This document shows, piece by piece, positions 32,130 to 43,040 of a DNA stretch of 64,000 bases. The DNA comes from an uncultured Methanosarcinaceae archaeon (GTDB lineage Archaea; Halobacteriota; Methanosarcinia; Methanosarcinales; Methanosarcinaceae). The position numbers and the translations under genes are program-made. Numbering within the stretch: the stretch's first letter is position 1; each line of letters starts with the position of its first letter. Location: contig CAVTET010000004.1 in NCBI GenBank assembly GCA_963733675.1, positions 736,001 through 800,000 on the forward strand. Reading direction: 5' to 3'. The notes beneath the pieces are model-generated. The model was not told the DNA's origin and ran no database searches. It was given only the letters and a program-made list of their open reading frames with translations.

Positions 32130-33497
32130 TCAGCCTGTGCAGAGGTCGTAACCAGATTCGGCACTAAGGCTACCGCATTTGCCCGACGTAATATCACGGA
32201 AATCATTTGGTTTGGGGCCATTGTTGTACAATGTATTAAAGATGGTGCTTGCCACGGAGTAGTTAGCAGCATTCGCAACATTGAAAATGCCCGCAGTCAG
32301 TGGCGCCGAAAGACTGGTGCCGCCTATAAGATAAGGATACCAAGCGCCAGCTAAGTAAATCGGTACTCCGGATGAAGGATTGGCGTCCATAGCTATGTCA
32401 GGTGTGCCCCATTGCGTTCCCACGACACTTTGAACTGAGTTTTGGAAAGAGGGCCGTGGCTCGTAGCTGGATTTGCCGCCGCCGCCATGAGTCCATGTCG
32501 TTTCACTCACATAATTATTATTTGCATCCCTGTTGATCGTGGTACCGCCAATACCTATAACATAAGGAGAAGCCGCCGGATATACAACTTTGCCACCGGT
32601 GTCTCCGGAGCAGGCGAGATGAACGACTTGTGGCAGACTGGCATTATTGAAAATAGGGTCACGATTGTTTTCACCTCTAGATTCGGAAAAATACCAGCTC
32701 ATGGAAACCATGCCTCCTCCATTGGTGGAAACCAAATATTGAGCAGCTTGCACGGCCGCGTCCAAGTCTGTGCTTGAAGTGCTTTGCGCTTCAACCAGGA
32801 AAAGCTTGGCGTTTGGCGCCATAGCGTGCGCCCATTCGAGATCAAGCATTGTCTCTATATCCCATCCGGTTCTTACGCTAGTCGGAGGTTTGGTTGCAGT
32901 AATATAAGGCCATGCACTACCACCAGCGTATACAACATTTAAGTTGGGAGCCTGCAGGCCAAAATATGCTGAGAAATAAGCCAAATCCGTCGCAGACGTA
33001 GGGGTATCATACGCATCGACGATTGCAATCGCACCATTGCCACCCACAGGGTTGACCGTTGTGAAAGACTGGTTGCAGCCAATAGATTGTGTGATCGATT
33101 GAGTAGTCTGATTATACACGCAGGCGAAAGAGGAGGGGCTTTCTCCAGAGAGGATACTTTTATTATTGCTACCCAAGTTACTGGTATTGGTTATATAATT
33201 ATTTAAATTGTTAACAGCCTCAGTATATGAAACTGGCTGAACCGCTATACCATTTGGCGGAACCAGTATCCTAAAGTTAGTATGGGCGGCTATACCGATA
33301 TCCTTTGGCTTCACTAGAGTTGAAGGTGGGATATATTCCTGCCAGTCTGAACCATGAAGCGGTGATGAAGGTACCGCATTAACAAATTGGCCACCCGGCA
33401 GTAGTGGAAAGTCAGTGTTGGCTTGTACTGAAGACAGGGCGCTTACTGCACTAGCTGTCATTGAAAGCATTATAAAAAAATTACCAAAATAGAACAT
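32130..33497 (-). CDS. S53 (sedolisin/kumamolisin-like) serine peptidase, probably a truncated pseudogene
   Basis: ETMLDLEWAHAMAP (Glu/Asp), ACSGD oxyanion Asp, GGTSLSAP catalytic Ser, then YDLCTG followed by TGA TGA. Confidence 0.82.
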   Translation of the reverse strand: MFYFGNFFIMLSMTASAVSALSSVQANTDFPLLPGGQFVNAVPSSPLHGSDWQEYIPPSTLVKPKDIGIAAHTNFRILVPPNGIAVQPVSYTEAVNNLNNYITNTSNLGSNNKSILSGESPSSFACVYNQTTQSITQSIGCNQSFTTVNPVGGNGAIAIVDAYDTPTSATDLAYFSAYFGLQAPNLNVVYAGGSAWPYITATKPPTSVRTGWDIETMLDLEWAHAMAPNAKLFLVEAQSTSSTDLDAAVQAAQYLVSTNGGGMVSMSWYFSESRGENNRDPIFNNASLPQVVHLACSGDTGGKVVYPAASPYVIGIGGTTINRDANNNYVSETTWTHGGGGKSSYEPRPSFQNSVQSVVGTQWGTPDIAMDANPSSGVPIYLAGAWYPYLIGGTSLSAPLTAGIFNVANAANYSVASTIFNTLYNNGPKPNDFRDITSGKCGSLSAESGYDLCTG

Positions 33498-34471
33498 TTA
33501 TTTTTCACTCGATCAAATCTTTGTATTGACATTCATACACTCCTTTTTTATTAAATTTTACATAATTTTAATCAAGTTAGGACTTACGGAGCTTAATTGA
33601 AAAATTATACTATTGATAAAATCGTAATTGTCCTTTCAGATCTTGATCATTTTTCGCTGACTTATCGGCATTCATAAATTTGTATTGCCTCTCTTATTAT
33701 GGCACATAGATATAAATATATTTTTAATGTTGCGTAGTATATGTCGAGTCAATTTTATATTAATTAATGGTTATATTTTAACTGGTGTCCTTTCATTGTT
33801 ATCAATTGAGTTTTATAGATGATATTCAATATATCACTAACAAAGTTGTGTTTAAGAAGCAAAATTGTTTTGTGAAAATATATGGACTCAAAAATGATAC
33901 GAAAAGATTTACAATCAATTAAGAATCAATTTCAGCAAGTTTATCTCTAACTAACTGAAGACTCTTGTATTTTCTTTAATAGCAAAATCAGTAAAATTTT
34001 GCATGAGTAAAAATTATTGTTAAGAGATTTGAACTCTTCAATACTCAAATGCATAGAAGTTCATATAAAGTATCTGCAGATTGTGCCCTTATACAAAGTG
34101 AATACAAAATATGAATTATTATCGCAGTGCCTTTAATCCACGAAAATTGGACGGCATATAGTAGCTAGTTTACTGCCGTAGCCGGGTAAATCAGCAGTAG
34201 AAGTCCTGCCTCCTCAAAAAATTAACCTGCAAATTAGTTATTCATCAGAGCATTTAGAGTAGTTTTCGGTTTTCATTTCATGCCTAATTACAATAATTCT
34301 ATGCTTTATCCTGAGTACACACGTTCTTCCGGAACCTGAACTTGTTTTTCAAGCGTAATACGCTGAATAACTCTCAGCTGTCTAATGTATCCAAAAACTA
34401 GGAAAACAATTAACATAATTTTAGATAGTTCGATATTTAAGTAAGAAATATTAACAAAATCTGAAATAGCT

Positions 34472-34590
34472 TTAGGACTTACGCACTTGAAACCAGAATC
34501 AAGTACAATGGATTATGTGGTTTTTTGAAGTTCTTCTTTGTACAATTGAAAGTTTAATGATATTGATTTTTCAATTCAAATTAGTAATTC
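34472..34590. mobile_element. IS-end/MITE remnant
   Basis: TTAGGACTTACGCA end; related ends at ~33577 and, reversed, at ~1257. Confidence 0.45.
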
Positions 34591-34640
34591 CCAAGCTTAA
34601 CAATAAAAGGTAACTACATAATTCCGGAAGGTAAATTCTC

Positions 34641-35648
34641 ATGAAACGGCATTGTATAAAGATCCCCAAAAAGAAAGGAGAATTTGCAAGGAAAATGCTA
34701 CTTGATCTTGAAATCCTTGATAATTCACTAAAGATAGGTGTGGATGGAACATTTCTTTATATCCCCCTTTCTAGAGAGCCTACAACTGATGAACTGAAAA
34801 GTCTTCCTGAAAAAACAGAACTTATTGATTTCTATTTTGAGTTCCAGAAAAAAAAACCTCTCCTTAAAGATCTTTTAGATTTCAGTCCCTCATATGAAGT
34901 CATCGGAGATATCGCCCTTCTGGAAGAGGACCTTGATCAGCAAAAAGCTTCAAAAATCGCAAACGTTCTCATCCGGACCCAACCTAATATAAAAACTGTG
35001 CTCAAGCCCCTCACCCCAGTAATCGGGGAATTCAGGCTCCGAAAATTTAGAATTATAGCAGGCGAGCCAAAAACAGAAACCATTCATAGGGAATACGGAT
35101 GTAGCTACAAAGTGGACCTTTCAAAGGCTTATTTCACTCCACGCCTTTCTACCGAGCGCTCTAGAATTCTTTCCTGGATTAAGGAAGGTGATACCATTAT
35201 AGACATGTTTGCAGGTGTAGGCCCTTACAGCATCCTACTCGCAAAAAGCAAGAAACCTTCAAATGTGATAGCGATTGACAAAAATCCTGATGCAGTGTAC
35301 TACCTGAAAGAAAATATAACCCTTAATTCGGCAAAAAATATCAAGGCAATAGAAGGCGATTCTAGGGAAGAAGCAAAAAAGTTTGCAAACACTGCAGACC
35401 ATGTGATTATGAACCTCCCCCACAGTGCCCACGAGTTTCTTGACTCTGCTATTCTCCTTACAAAGCCGGGAGGGATTATACATTACTATGGAATAGCTCA
35501 TGAAGATGATCTCTTCGAAAGCTATATTAAATTCATAAGCGTAGCTGCTGAGAGAACAGGAAGACATGTAAAGATTCTGGAGAAAAGAGTGGTACGTTCT
35601 TATGCTCCTCACCAGTATAATATATGCATTGAAGTCAAAATAATTTAA
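34641..35648 (+). CDS. trm5: Trm5/Met10-family tRNA G37 methyltransferase
   Basis: YEVIGDIA, YFTPRLSTER, DMFAGVGPY, VIMNLP, VRSYAP. Confidence 0.88.
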   Translation: MKRHCIKIPKKKGEFARKMLLDLEILDNSLKIGVDGTFLYIPLSREPTTDELKSLPEKTELIDFYFEFQKKKPLLKDLLDFSPSYEVIGDIALLEEDLDQQKASKIANVLIRTQPNIKTVLKPLTPVIGEFRLRKFRIIAGEPKTETIHREYGCSYKVDLSKAYFTPRLSTERSRILSWIKEGDTIIDMFAGVGPYSILLAKSKKPSNVIAIDKNPDAVYYLKENITLNSAKNIKAIEGDSREEAKKFANTADHVIMNLPHSAHEFLDSAILLTKPGGIIHYYGIAHEDDLFESYIKFISVAAERTGRHVKILEKRVVRSYAPHQYNICIEVKII

Positions 35649-35736
35649 GGTCATGAAATATAGAATGATTCTGCAGAGCGAAATAATTAAATTCTTAATT
35701 GTTATTTTAAGCTTGCTGATCTTCTCTTCTCCATAT

Positions 35737-35808
35737 GTCGTCGTGGCTTAGTGGTATAGCGGCTGATTCGTAATCAGCAGGTCGAGGGTTCAAGTCCCTC
35801 CGGCGACT
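35737..35808 (+). tRNA. tRNA-Thr(CGT)
   Basis: Cloverleaf: acceptor GTCGTCG/CGGCGAC, anticodon arm CTGA-TTCGTAA-TCAG, GGTTCAAGTCC T-arm, discriminator T. Confidence 0.95.
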
Positions 35809-36123
35809 CTTACCTATTTTTGTTTAATGTATTCTTTTTTGTTGAGTGGATAAATGGAAATGATATAAACAAACACTCATGAGCCGTTACCGCACGCATG
35901 AAAAATGAAAAACTTTCAGTATCTCTTTTATCTCCATTTTATACCTGATATGTTCAGTGAAGGCTGTCCAGTTTTTAGGACATCGATCCAGTTAAACAAA
36001 CTAGCCATTTTAACCTCGTAAATATGAATGCATCTTAGAAAGCATATATTGGAAATTATTCACTACGAGGATTTTACATCCACTTTATCAGGAGTAAAAA
36101 ACGATGAAGATACCAAAAATAAA

Positions 36124-36815
36124 GAGGATTTAGATTTACCTCTAATTTTTTTCGCGGAAATCCTATCCAAAATTTGTCTCACTGATCTCTGTATTTGACC
36201 CGATTTTTTCTTTTCTGATCCATTATTCTTTGATTTTAAAGACAGCTCTCTCTATCCTCAAGATACTACTTTTATTTTCAATGTAATCAATTGATAGAGG
36301 TTATAACAAAAAGCTCTACACGACATCTTCAGATTCACTCTTTGAACAGTAGTGACAAGAACTTTGCCTGCTTTGAATATCCTTTTAGTTACTGAAAAAC
36401 TCGTTCCTATTGAGGTCTTTTTGATCTAATTCTCTTGTTTCTTGAGATATCATTCATTCACATAATCTGTTCTTTTACTGTTCTTTTCATTGTTGAATCA
36501 TACCCTTTTGATGTTGCTTCAAAGTATCCTCTGTCTCTGTAAACCACTTCATTTTTTTCTGATGAATCTACCTGAGAATCATAAAGTGATGCTATCTTTG
36601 TTTTGAATATTCTGATCAGCTCATAATCCCTGCCTATTATGCTATGAAGCTTATATTCAAAATGTAAATCATTACCTTTTTTTAGCAGATCTAAACTCAC
36701 ATCCTTTTTTCCAAAAAAAAGACCCGGAATCAGGTACTTCAATTTTACCTGATTCTACGATAGAAATGTATTCAAAACCATTATATACAAATTCCGAAGT
36801 TTCGAAAGAGGACCT
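36124..36815 (-). mobile_element. Decayed, internally deleted IS5-family element
   Basis: ORF 36458-36742 YKLHSII..VVYRDRGYF..KGYDSTMKR; end GAGGATTTAGATTTACCTC. Confidence 0.78.
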
Positions 36816-36872
36816 TAATGAAGAATTTTACTTTTCACGTTCCATTTTTTTCTTCCGGTCATTAAAATTCTT

Positions 36873-37580
36873 TTAGTTTTTATTTTCATCCGTAATCCAG
36901 GTTCCCCAGGATATCGGAGATTTTTTGATCACCCCTTCATCGAGAACTTCTCCAAGCGCGGAAGGGTTCTGAGCATCCATAACAAGTGCATCGAGCTTGC
37001 AGCGTTCGAGAATCTTTGCAGCTACAGGATCCACAGGGGACTTGGAGCCTGCTTTCATTTCGATTGCCATAACTATATTTACGAGTTTTTTAGGAGAGAT
37101 TTTATCGTATTTTACTGCAGTTGGGTCACAGTCAGGATCTGAGGAATAAATTCCATTAATAGAGGTTGCAATTGTAAGCAGGTCTGCCTGCAAGTACTCT
37201 GCAAGGATTGCAGCAACAGCATCTGTGGTTTGGCCAGGAGTAACTCCTCCCATGACCACTACTTTCCCTGAATACATGGCCTCTGCAGCTTCAATATAGT
37301 TTGTAGGGATCTTTGGATAGGCACCGGATCCGATAGCGGCAATAAGCAGTCGTGCGTTTAGTCGAGTAATCTCAATACCTATATAGTCACAGGTTACTTC
37401 ATCGGCCCCCATAATCCGCGCAGCACCAATGTAACTCCTGGCTGCTTCTCCACCACCAGTTATTACAATTATATTATGTTTTTTTGAGAGGTTTCGAAGA
37501 ATTACTGCATATTCCAAATAACGATTTGCATCAAGGTTTTTTGCAAGAATTGAACCGCCTAATGAGAGTACAATGAGCAT
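36873..37580 (-). CDS. pyrH: UMP kinase
   Basis: SLGGS, TGGGEAAR, MGGVTPGQTTDAVA, GIYSSDP. Confidence 0.93.
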   Translation of the reverse strand: MLIVLSLGGSILAKNLDANRYLEYAVILRNLSKKHNIIVITGGGEAARSYIGAARIMGADEVTCDYIGIEITRLNARLLIAAIGSGAYPKIPTNYIEAAEAMYSGKVVVMGGVTPGQTTDAVAAILAEYLQADLLTIATSINGIYSSDPDCDPTAVKYDKISPKKLVNIVMAIEMKAGSKSPVDPVAAKILERCKLDALVMDAQNPSALGEVLDEGVIKKSPISWGTWITDENKN

Positions 37581-37765
37581 GATAATATCTACACATTAAT
37601 CTGATTTTTAAATGTATCGCTAGACTTCTCTTCTTAAATCACCACAAATCCCATATAAAGAGAAACCCTAAAGATCCCCAAAATGATAAATAACTGCTCA
37701 AGGCAGATATTGTTTAAGTTGGCTATTGCCTAAAGCAGGTAAATTTTTTAGGTGCAGGGTTGTAC

Positions 37766-38581
37766 ATGGATCTTACTGACATACTAAGAGCTGTTAAAGA
37801 AGGGAAAATGGACATTAAGACTGCAGAAAAGCAGACCCGAGGTCTGGGTTTTGTCTCGTATGCAGACATTGCAAAACTTGATGCCCATCGAAAAAGCAGG
37901 ACAGGAATAGTCGAAGCTATCCTTGCCGACTGCAAGGAACCTGAGGACTTGGTGGAGATTACAAGAGTAATGGTTCTAGAAAGCAGAAGAGCCCTTATTA
38001 CCCGTGTCTCTGCAAAGCATCTTGAAGCTTTAAGGGCAGCATTTAATCATGATAACATTGAGTGGAATAGTAGAGCTCGTACAGTTGTTATCCATGACGG
38101 TACTCCCACACCTAAAACAGGTGGAGTTGTAGGAATTATATCAGCAGGCACAGCAGACATCCCAGTTGCGGAGGAGGCACGGATCGTTGCCTCGGAGATG
38201 GGCTGCGAAACTATCACTGTATATGATGTAGGAATTGCAGGAATTCACAGACTAATTCCTGAGATCCAGAAACTAAAAGCTATGATGTTGGGAGCAATCG
38301 TTGTTGCAGCTGGGAGGGAAGGAACACTTCCCACAATAGTTTCTGGACTTATAGATGTACCAGTGATCGGGCTTCCAGTATCTATAGGTTATGGGGCTGG
38401 AGGTGAGGGAAAAGCTGCCCTGCTGGCAATGCTCCAATCCTGCTCTACCATTGCAGTAGTGAATATTGACGCAGGTTTCGTTGCAGGAGCTTACGCAGCT
38501 AGAATCGCAAACATGGTTGCAGCTGCTGGTAAAAGAGAAAAAAAGGAACGACAGAAAAAAAAGGCAGTTAATGGCGAATAA
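37766..38581 (+). CDS. larB: Nickel-pincer cofactor biosynthesis protein LarB
   Basis: AKLDAHRKSRTG, SAGTADIPVAEEA, DVGIAGIHRL, VVNIDAGF. Confidence 0.9.
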   Translation: MDLTDILRAVKEGKMDIKTAEKQTRGLGFVSYADIAKLDAHRKSRTGIVEAILADCKEPEDLVEITRVMVLESRRALITRVSAKHLEALRAAFNHDNIEWNSRARTVVIHDGTPTPKTGGVVGIISAGTADIPVAEEARIVASEMGCETITVYDVGIAGIHRLIPEIQKLKAMMLGAIVVAAGREGTLPTIVSGLIDVPVIGLPVSIGYGAGGEGKAALLAMLQSCSTIAVVNIDAGFVAGAYAARIANMVAAAGKREKKERQKKKAVNGE

Positions 38582-38611
38582 ATTGAAACCAAAATCCAGG
38601 AAGTAGTATTT

Positions 38612-39817
38612 ATGAGATCACTTGTATTCAATCCTTTTTCAGGGGCATCAGGGGACATGATTCTGGGGTGTGCTATCGATCTCGGGGCTGACAGAAAAGC
38701 GGTCAAAGAACTGATAGAAGCTTCCATACCAGTCTCCTTAGATATTAGAGAAATTATAAAAAATGGAATAAAAGCTCTAGACGTTCGGATAAATGTACCT
38801 GAAAAAGAGTCAATTCGCACATATCCAGAACTCTTGGATACTGTAAAGGCTGCGAAATTGCCTCGTCTGGTGGAGGCAAGTGCTATGGATATCTTTTTGA
38901 GAATGGCAGAAGCTGAAGCTTCAGTCCACGGACAGCCTGACCTTGAGAAACTTCATTTCCATGAAATGGGACAAAGTGATACCCTTGCCGATGTAATTGG
39001 TTCTTCGGTAGCTATCCATACCCTCAACTGCGATTCTATTTATTGCACCCCTATAAATGTTGGCAGCGGAACGAGGGAATGTGCACATGGGAGTCTGCCT
39101 GTGCCAGCCCCTGCTACACTTGAACTTCTAAGAAGAGGAAAACTCTATTTCAGAGGTGGTAGTGAAAAAAATGAACTTCTAACTCCTACAGGTGCTGCTA
39201 TCCTAGCCCATTTCGCAATGCCTGTTGAAGCTTTTCCTCAGGGAAGGGTGATTTTAATAGGCTATGGGGCTGGAGATTCCGATTTAGATGGGCCCAATGT
39301 GCTTCAGGGAGTGCTATCTGAACTTGATTCCTGCCTTATCCCGGATGTAATTGAGATGCTCGAAACCAATGTTGACGATGTTAGTGGAGAAATCCTGGGT
39401 AACCTTTTCGAGGAACTGCTCGAGATGGGGGCAAAAGATATTGTAATTATCCCCGCAATCATGAAAAAAGGCCGACCTGCTCATGTTATCAAGGTTATTG
39501 CAAAGCCTGAGGACACTGCAAAACTTGCCCGAAAAATAATTACCGAAACAGGTTCTCTAGGAATAAGGGTAGTCCCAACCAGGCACAGGCTCATTGCTGC
39601 CCGAAAAATTGAAGTTATTAAATTTGAGGTCGAAGGGCAATTATATGAAGCTGCTGTCAAGATTGCCAGGGACTCGGAAGGGATTTTACTCAATATCTCT
39701 GCTGAGTTTGAGGACTGTAAGAAAATCGCAAAAACTAGTAGTGTTCCTATAAAAGAGGTAATTAGAAAGGCAGAGGGAGCTGCAAAAATCCTTTTTTCTA
39801 GAATTATTGAGAAGTAA
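38612..39817 (+). CDS. larC: Nickel-pincer cofactor biosynthesis protein LarC
   Basis: SGASGDMILG, HFHE, HGSLPVPAPAT, ELLTPTGAA, ETNVDD, MKKGRP. Confidence 0.92.
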   Translation: MRSLVFNPFSGASGDMILGCAIDLGADRKAVKELIEASIPVSLDIREIIKNGIKALDVRINVPEKESIRTYPELLDTVKAAKLPRLVEASAMDIFLRMAEAEASVHGQPDLEKLHFHEMGQSDTLADVIGSSVAIHTLNCDSIYCTPINVGSGTRECAHGSLPVPAPATLELLRRGKLYFRGGSEKNELLTPTGAAILAHFAMPVEAFPQGRVILIGYGAGDSDLDGPNVLQGVLSELDSCLIPDVIEMLETNVDDVSGEILGNLFEELLEMGAKDIVIIPAIMKKGRPAHVIKVIAKPEDTAKLARKIITETGSLGIRVVPTRHRLIAARKIEVIKFEVEGQLYEAAVKIARDSEGILLNISAEFEDCKKIAKTSSVPIKEVIRKAEGAAKILFSRIIEK

Positions 39818-39934
39818 TAAACAAAAAATTGTGCTGTTTTGATACCAGAAAATTCCAGATAATTGAAAAAATTCAAGAAAAGTAAAAATTTAAATATGGA
39901 GGATTTTAACTCCTTTTATTTCTCTATATAATAT

Positions 39935-40963
39935 TCAGAGTTTGCCCATAGAATGCAGTAGTTCTGCATTCAGGACACTTGCCCCTGCAGCTCCACGGAT
40001 TGTATTATGTCCCATTGCAATGTAGCGGATTCCTTCTCTTATCCGGCCCACTGATACACTCATACCTTTTCCCATATTGCGATCAAGGCGCGGCTGAGGT
40101 CTGTCTATTTCATCTCTTACGATGAGGACTTTTTTGGGTTCGGAAGGGAGTTCTTCCATTTTAGGGTCGAATGTTAGGAAAGCTTCCCTTACTTCTTCAG
40201 GCGCTGGTTTGTCTATCATCCCGGCCCATATAGCTTCTGTATGCCCATCTACAACTGGAACTCTGTGGCAGGAAGCGCTTACTTTTATATCTGCAGGCAC
40301 GATTGCTGAGCCATTAAACTCACCGAGGAGTTTCAATGTTTCAGTCTCCATTTTCTGTTCTTCGCTCCCGATGTAGGGAATTACGTTATCGTAGATTGAC
40401 ATTGCGGAAACTCCGAAAAAACCTGCCCCTGATATCGCTTGCATTGTAGCTACATGTATGGTCTCAAGTCCAAAATGCATCAGAGGTTTTAATGTCAGAG
40501 CCATGACGATAGTAGAGCAATTGGGGTTTGTGATAATATATCCATCCCATCCCCGTGTATCCTGCTGGACTTCTAGAAGCCCCAGATGTTCTGGATTTAC
40601 TTCGGGGATCACAAGGGGAAAATCCGCTTCCATCCTGAAAGATGACGCATTGCTTGCCACTGCAAATCCGGCTTTTGCAAACTCTGGCTCGACGATGAGA
40701 GCAAGATCTGCAGGAAGTGCAGAAAAAACCACGTCCGCATCTACGGCTTTTGGGTTTACAGGAGAAATTTCAATATTTTCAACGCTTTCTGGCATAGCTG
40801 TATCTAATTTCCAGCCTGCTGCTTCTTTGTATTTTTTGCCGGCGCTTCTTTCTGATGCTGCAAGGGCTGTAATCTCAAACCATGGATGATTTGCCAGTGC
40901 TTCTACAAATCTCTGCCCAACAGCGCCTGTAGCGCCCAAAATACCCGCTTTAATTGCTACCAT
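39935..40963 (-). CDS. asd: Aspartate-semialdehyde dehydrogenase
   Basis: [30 protein letters not shown]. Confidence 0.96.
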   Translation of the reverse strand: MVAIKAGILGATGAVGQRFVEALANHPWFEITALAASERSAGKKYKEAAGWKLDTAMPESVENIEISPVNPKAVDADVVFSALPADLALIVEPEFAKAGFAVASNASSFRMEADFPLVIPEVNPEHLGLLEVQQDTRGWDGYIITNPNCSTIVMALTLKPLMHFGLETIHVATMQAISGAGFFGVSAMSIYDNVIPYIGSEEQKMETETLKLLGEFNGSAIVPADIKVSASCHRVPVVDGHTEAIWAGMIDKPAPEEVREAFLTFDPKMEELPSEPKKVLIVRDEIDRPQPRLDRNMGKGMSVSVGRIREGIRYIAMGHNTIRGAAGASVLNAELLHSMGKL

Positions 40964-41057
40964 CTAAAAGCTCCCTCCAACGAGAGAAGAAATAATCTGA
41001 TAAAAGAGAAAAAGAAAAAAATTGGATAAAAAAAATTATTCCAAGTTAATTATCATT

Positions 41058-41240
41058 TTACTCTTCTACCTTGATTGCCTGGCTAGGACATGCCTCTTCG
41101 CATGCACCACAATCTACACATTCATCCTGGTTGACAACCGCACAACCTTTTTCTTCATCAAGGGTAATTGCTTCAGAGGGACACTCATCGACGCAGCTTC
41201 CACATCCAGAACATTCATCTGCATTAACTATCGCTGGCAT
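41058..41240 (-). CDS. 2[4Fe-4S] ferredoxin
   Basis: Two CxxCxxCxxxCP motifs; AGGAG RBS upstream. Confidence 0.93.
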   Translation of the reverse strand: MPAIVNADECSGCGSCVDECPSEAITLDEEKGCAVVNQDECVDCGACEEACPSQAIKVEE

Positions 41241-41814
41241 TTTTTTCACGCTCCTATTTATTACTCGATATGTCCCTGGAAATTAGATATGCTGTTTTTG
41301 AAACTTCCATAGAATATCGAAAAGTTTGGTCATAACGCCATAGATAGATAAACATAAAAACTTATCGCTTTTTAGCAAAAGGCACCTTTAGAAATCAGGA
41401 TGTAGGTCGGCATATACTATATATAGTTCATCTCTAGATATATGTAGAACAGAAGAGAAATTGGAAAATATTTATTCAACACATAGGGTCATGCATAGCA
41501 ATTCCGGGATCTTTAAACCATAAATTTCATTTTCTAACTTCAAAAATCCTTCTTTGAGCAGAAAATCCATATGGAACTTAAAGAAGAAATCGTCTAATGA
41601 CTATTTCTGTGATTTTTTTTCAGACTTCCAGAAGACCTCAACTATCCTAATTAAATCTTCTTTATGAAGGATTTATAGATACCTTTTCCATTTTTTATAT
41701 GTTCTATTTTTACATCTTTACCTTCAAAAGTTCACCTTTTTTACCGAAATAGGTGTCAATCTAGTCAATATTCTAGTTCGTATCAAAATTTCACATCTTT
41801 TTTGATGATTTAAG

Positions 41815-41902
41815 AGGATTTTGAGAAACCCCTAAATTTCATCATATGTATATAAATGTAATATAAATGACTTGTGAAAATCAAAGGTTTATCGAAATCT
41901 TT
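41815..41902. mobile_element. ~90-bp MITE
   Basis: IRs GAGGATTTTGAGAAACC / GGTTTATCGAAATC; homologous to 56065-56153. Confidence 0.55.
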
Positions 41903-42657
41903 TTAAATGGAACTTCTTCAAAGTCCCGAAGAGACTAACTGTAATTATTATTCATAATATTAAGTCATAAATCTTAATTCACTTTAAGTTAGGTAATTCT
42001 ATTCTGTAGTCATCTTTATATTATAAATTAATTTATTTTTACATTTATCAACAACCTATTTTCACTCAAAATGAACACATTGATAATTCTTACCTTTGCA
42101 TTTTTAATTTATCCATTTTCGTTTTAGTTTTCAATACCTTCATTGATTTTACTTTAATATTTTTGTCCCTCGAACAAAATAGAACTTACCATTAATAAAT
42201 AGCATGAATCCAGTTTTTCTAATCAGAAAATTATTATGAACACTTTATTCTGCTCACTCTTGGCATCATTCTCAGATCATTATCTTAATTTAAAACTTTT
42301 ACAATTTCCCAAGCATCAATTCTCTTCAATAGATTATGGTACTCCAGTATCTGTGAGAGTACAAAAAATAGAGCAATATCGATTACCATTATTATTGCCC
42401 TGGAAATTAGGTGACAAACACTTTTAAATTATGCATTGAGATTACATCTATCAACATGAAATTAACAACAATAAAATATCGTTTATGTAGTTAGTGAGAT
42501 AAACAACCAGATGCTTTAAATCTTATTTTTCCCTGACAGTTTAACTTGTTTTGCTAACAGACTGAGCAATCCCTATTTTTAATTGGGAAGAAAAAGATAC
42601 AGAACCAACTACATTTTACAGGACTTTCGGTATACTGCCAGAACTATATAATTATTA

Positions 42658-42833
42658 TTTTCTTATTTTTCGATTTACGACGGTTGTTTAGGCTAATTAG
42701 TTCCAAATGTTCCATGAGCTCCATATGCTATAGGAGTTCCAAAAGTTCCAGGAGTCATATATCAGTAACCTTTTCTTATTACTGATGGCAGTTAGGAAAT
42801 CCAGAGATTTAATCACAAAAAACTGTGTATGGG
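42658..42833 (-). repeat. Dispersed ~170-bp element with 9-bp periodic core, copy C
   Basis: Reverse complement aligns with copy B (GCCATCAGTAATAAGAAAA and GGAGCTCATGGAACA shared exactly). Confidence 0.75.
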
Positions 42834-43040
42834 AAAAAAGACATGAATTAAGAGAAGAAAAAGGGAAGTTGGCGAGAAATAGCTTAATGATTGGTTGTTA
42901 GAATATTTACAACAATAAATCTCATTTTTCTCATATCTTTTCTATATGGAAGGAGAACCAAGTCATTAAGGTAATTAATACATCATGAAACAGCCAAAAG
43001 AGCTCGTAAGATTCAAAACCTGAATTGCATTCTGTGATGG

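Noticed and set aside
35809-36815. Integrated island at tRNA-Thr
   Set aside because: No integrase and no duplicated tRNA 3' end seen; only an IS5 relic
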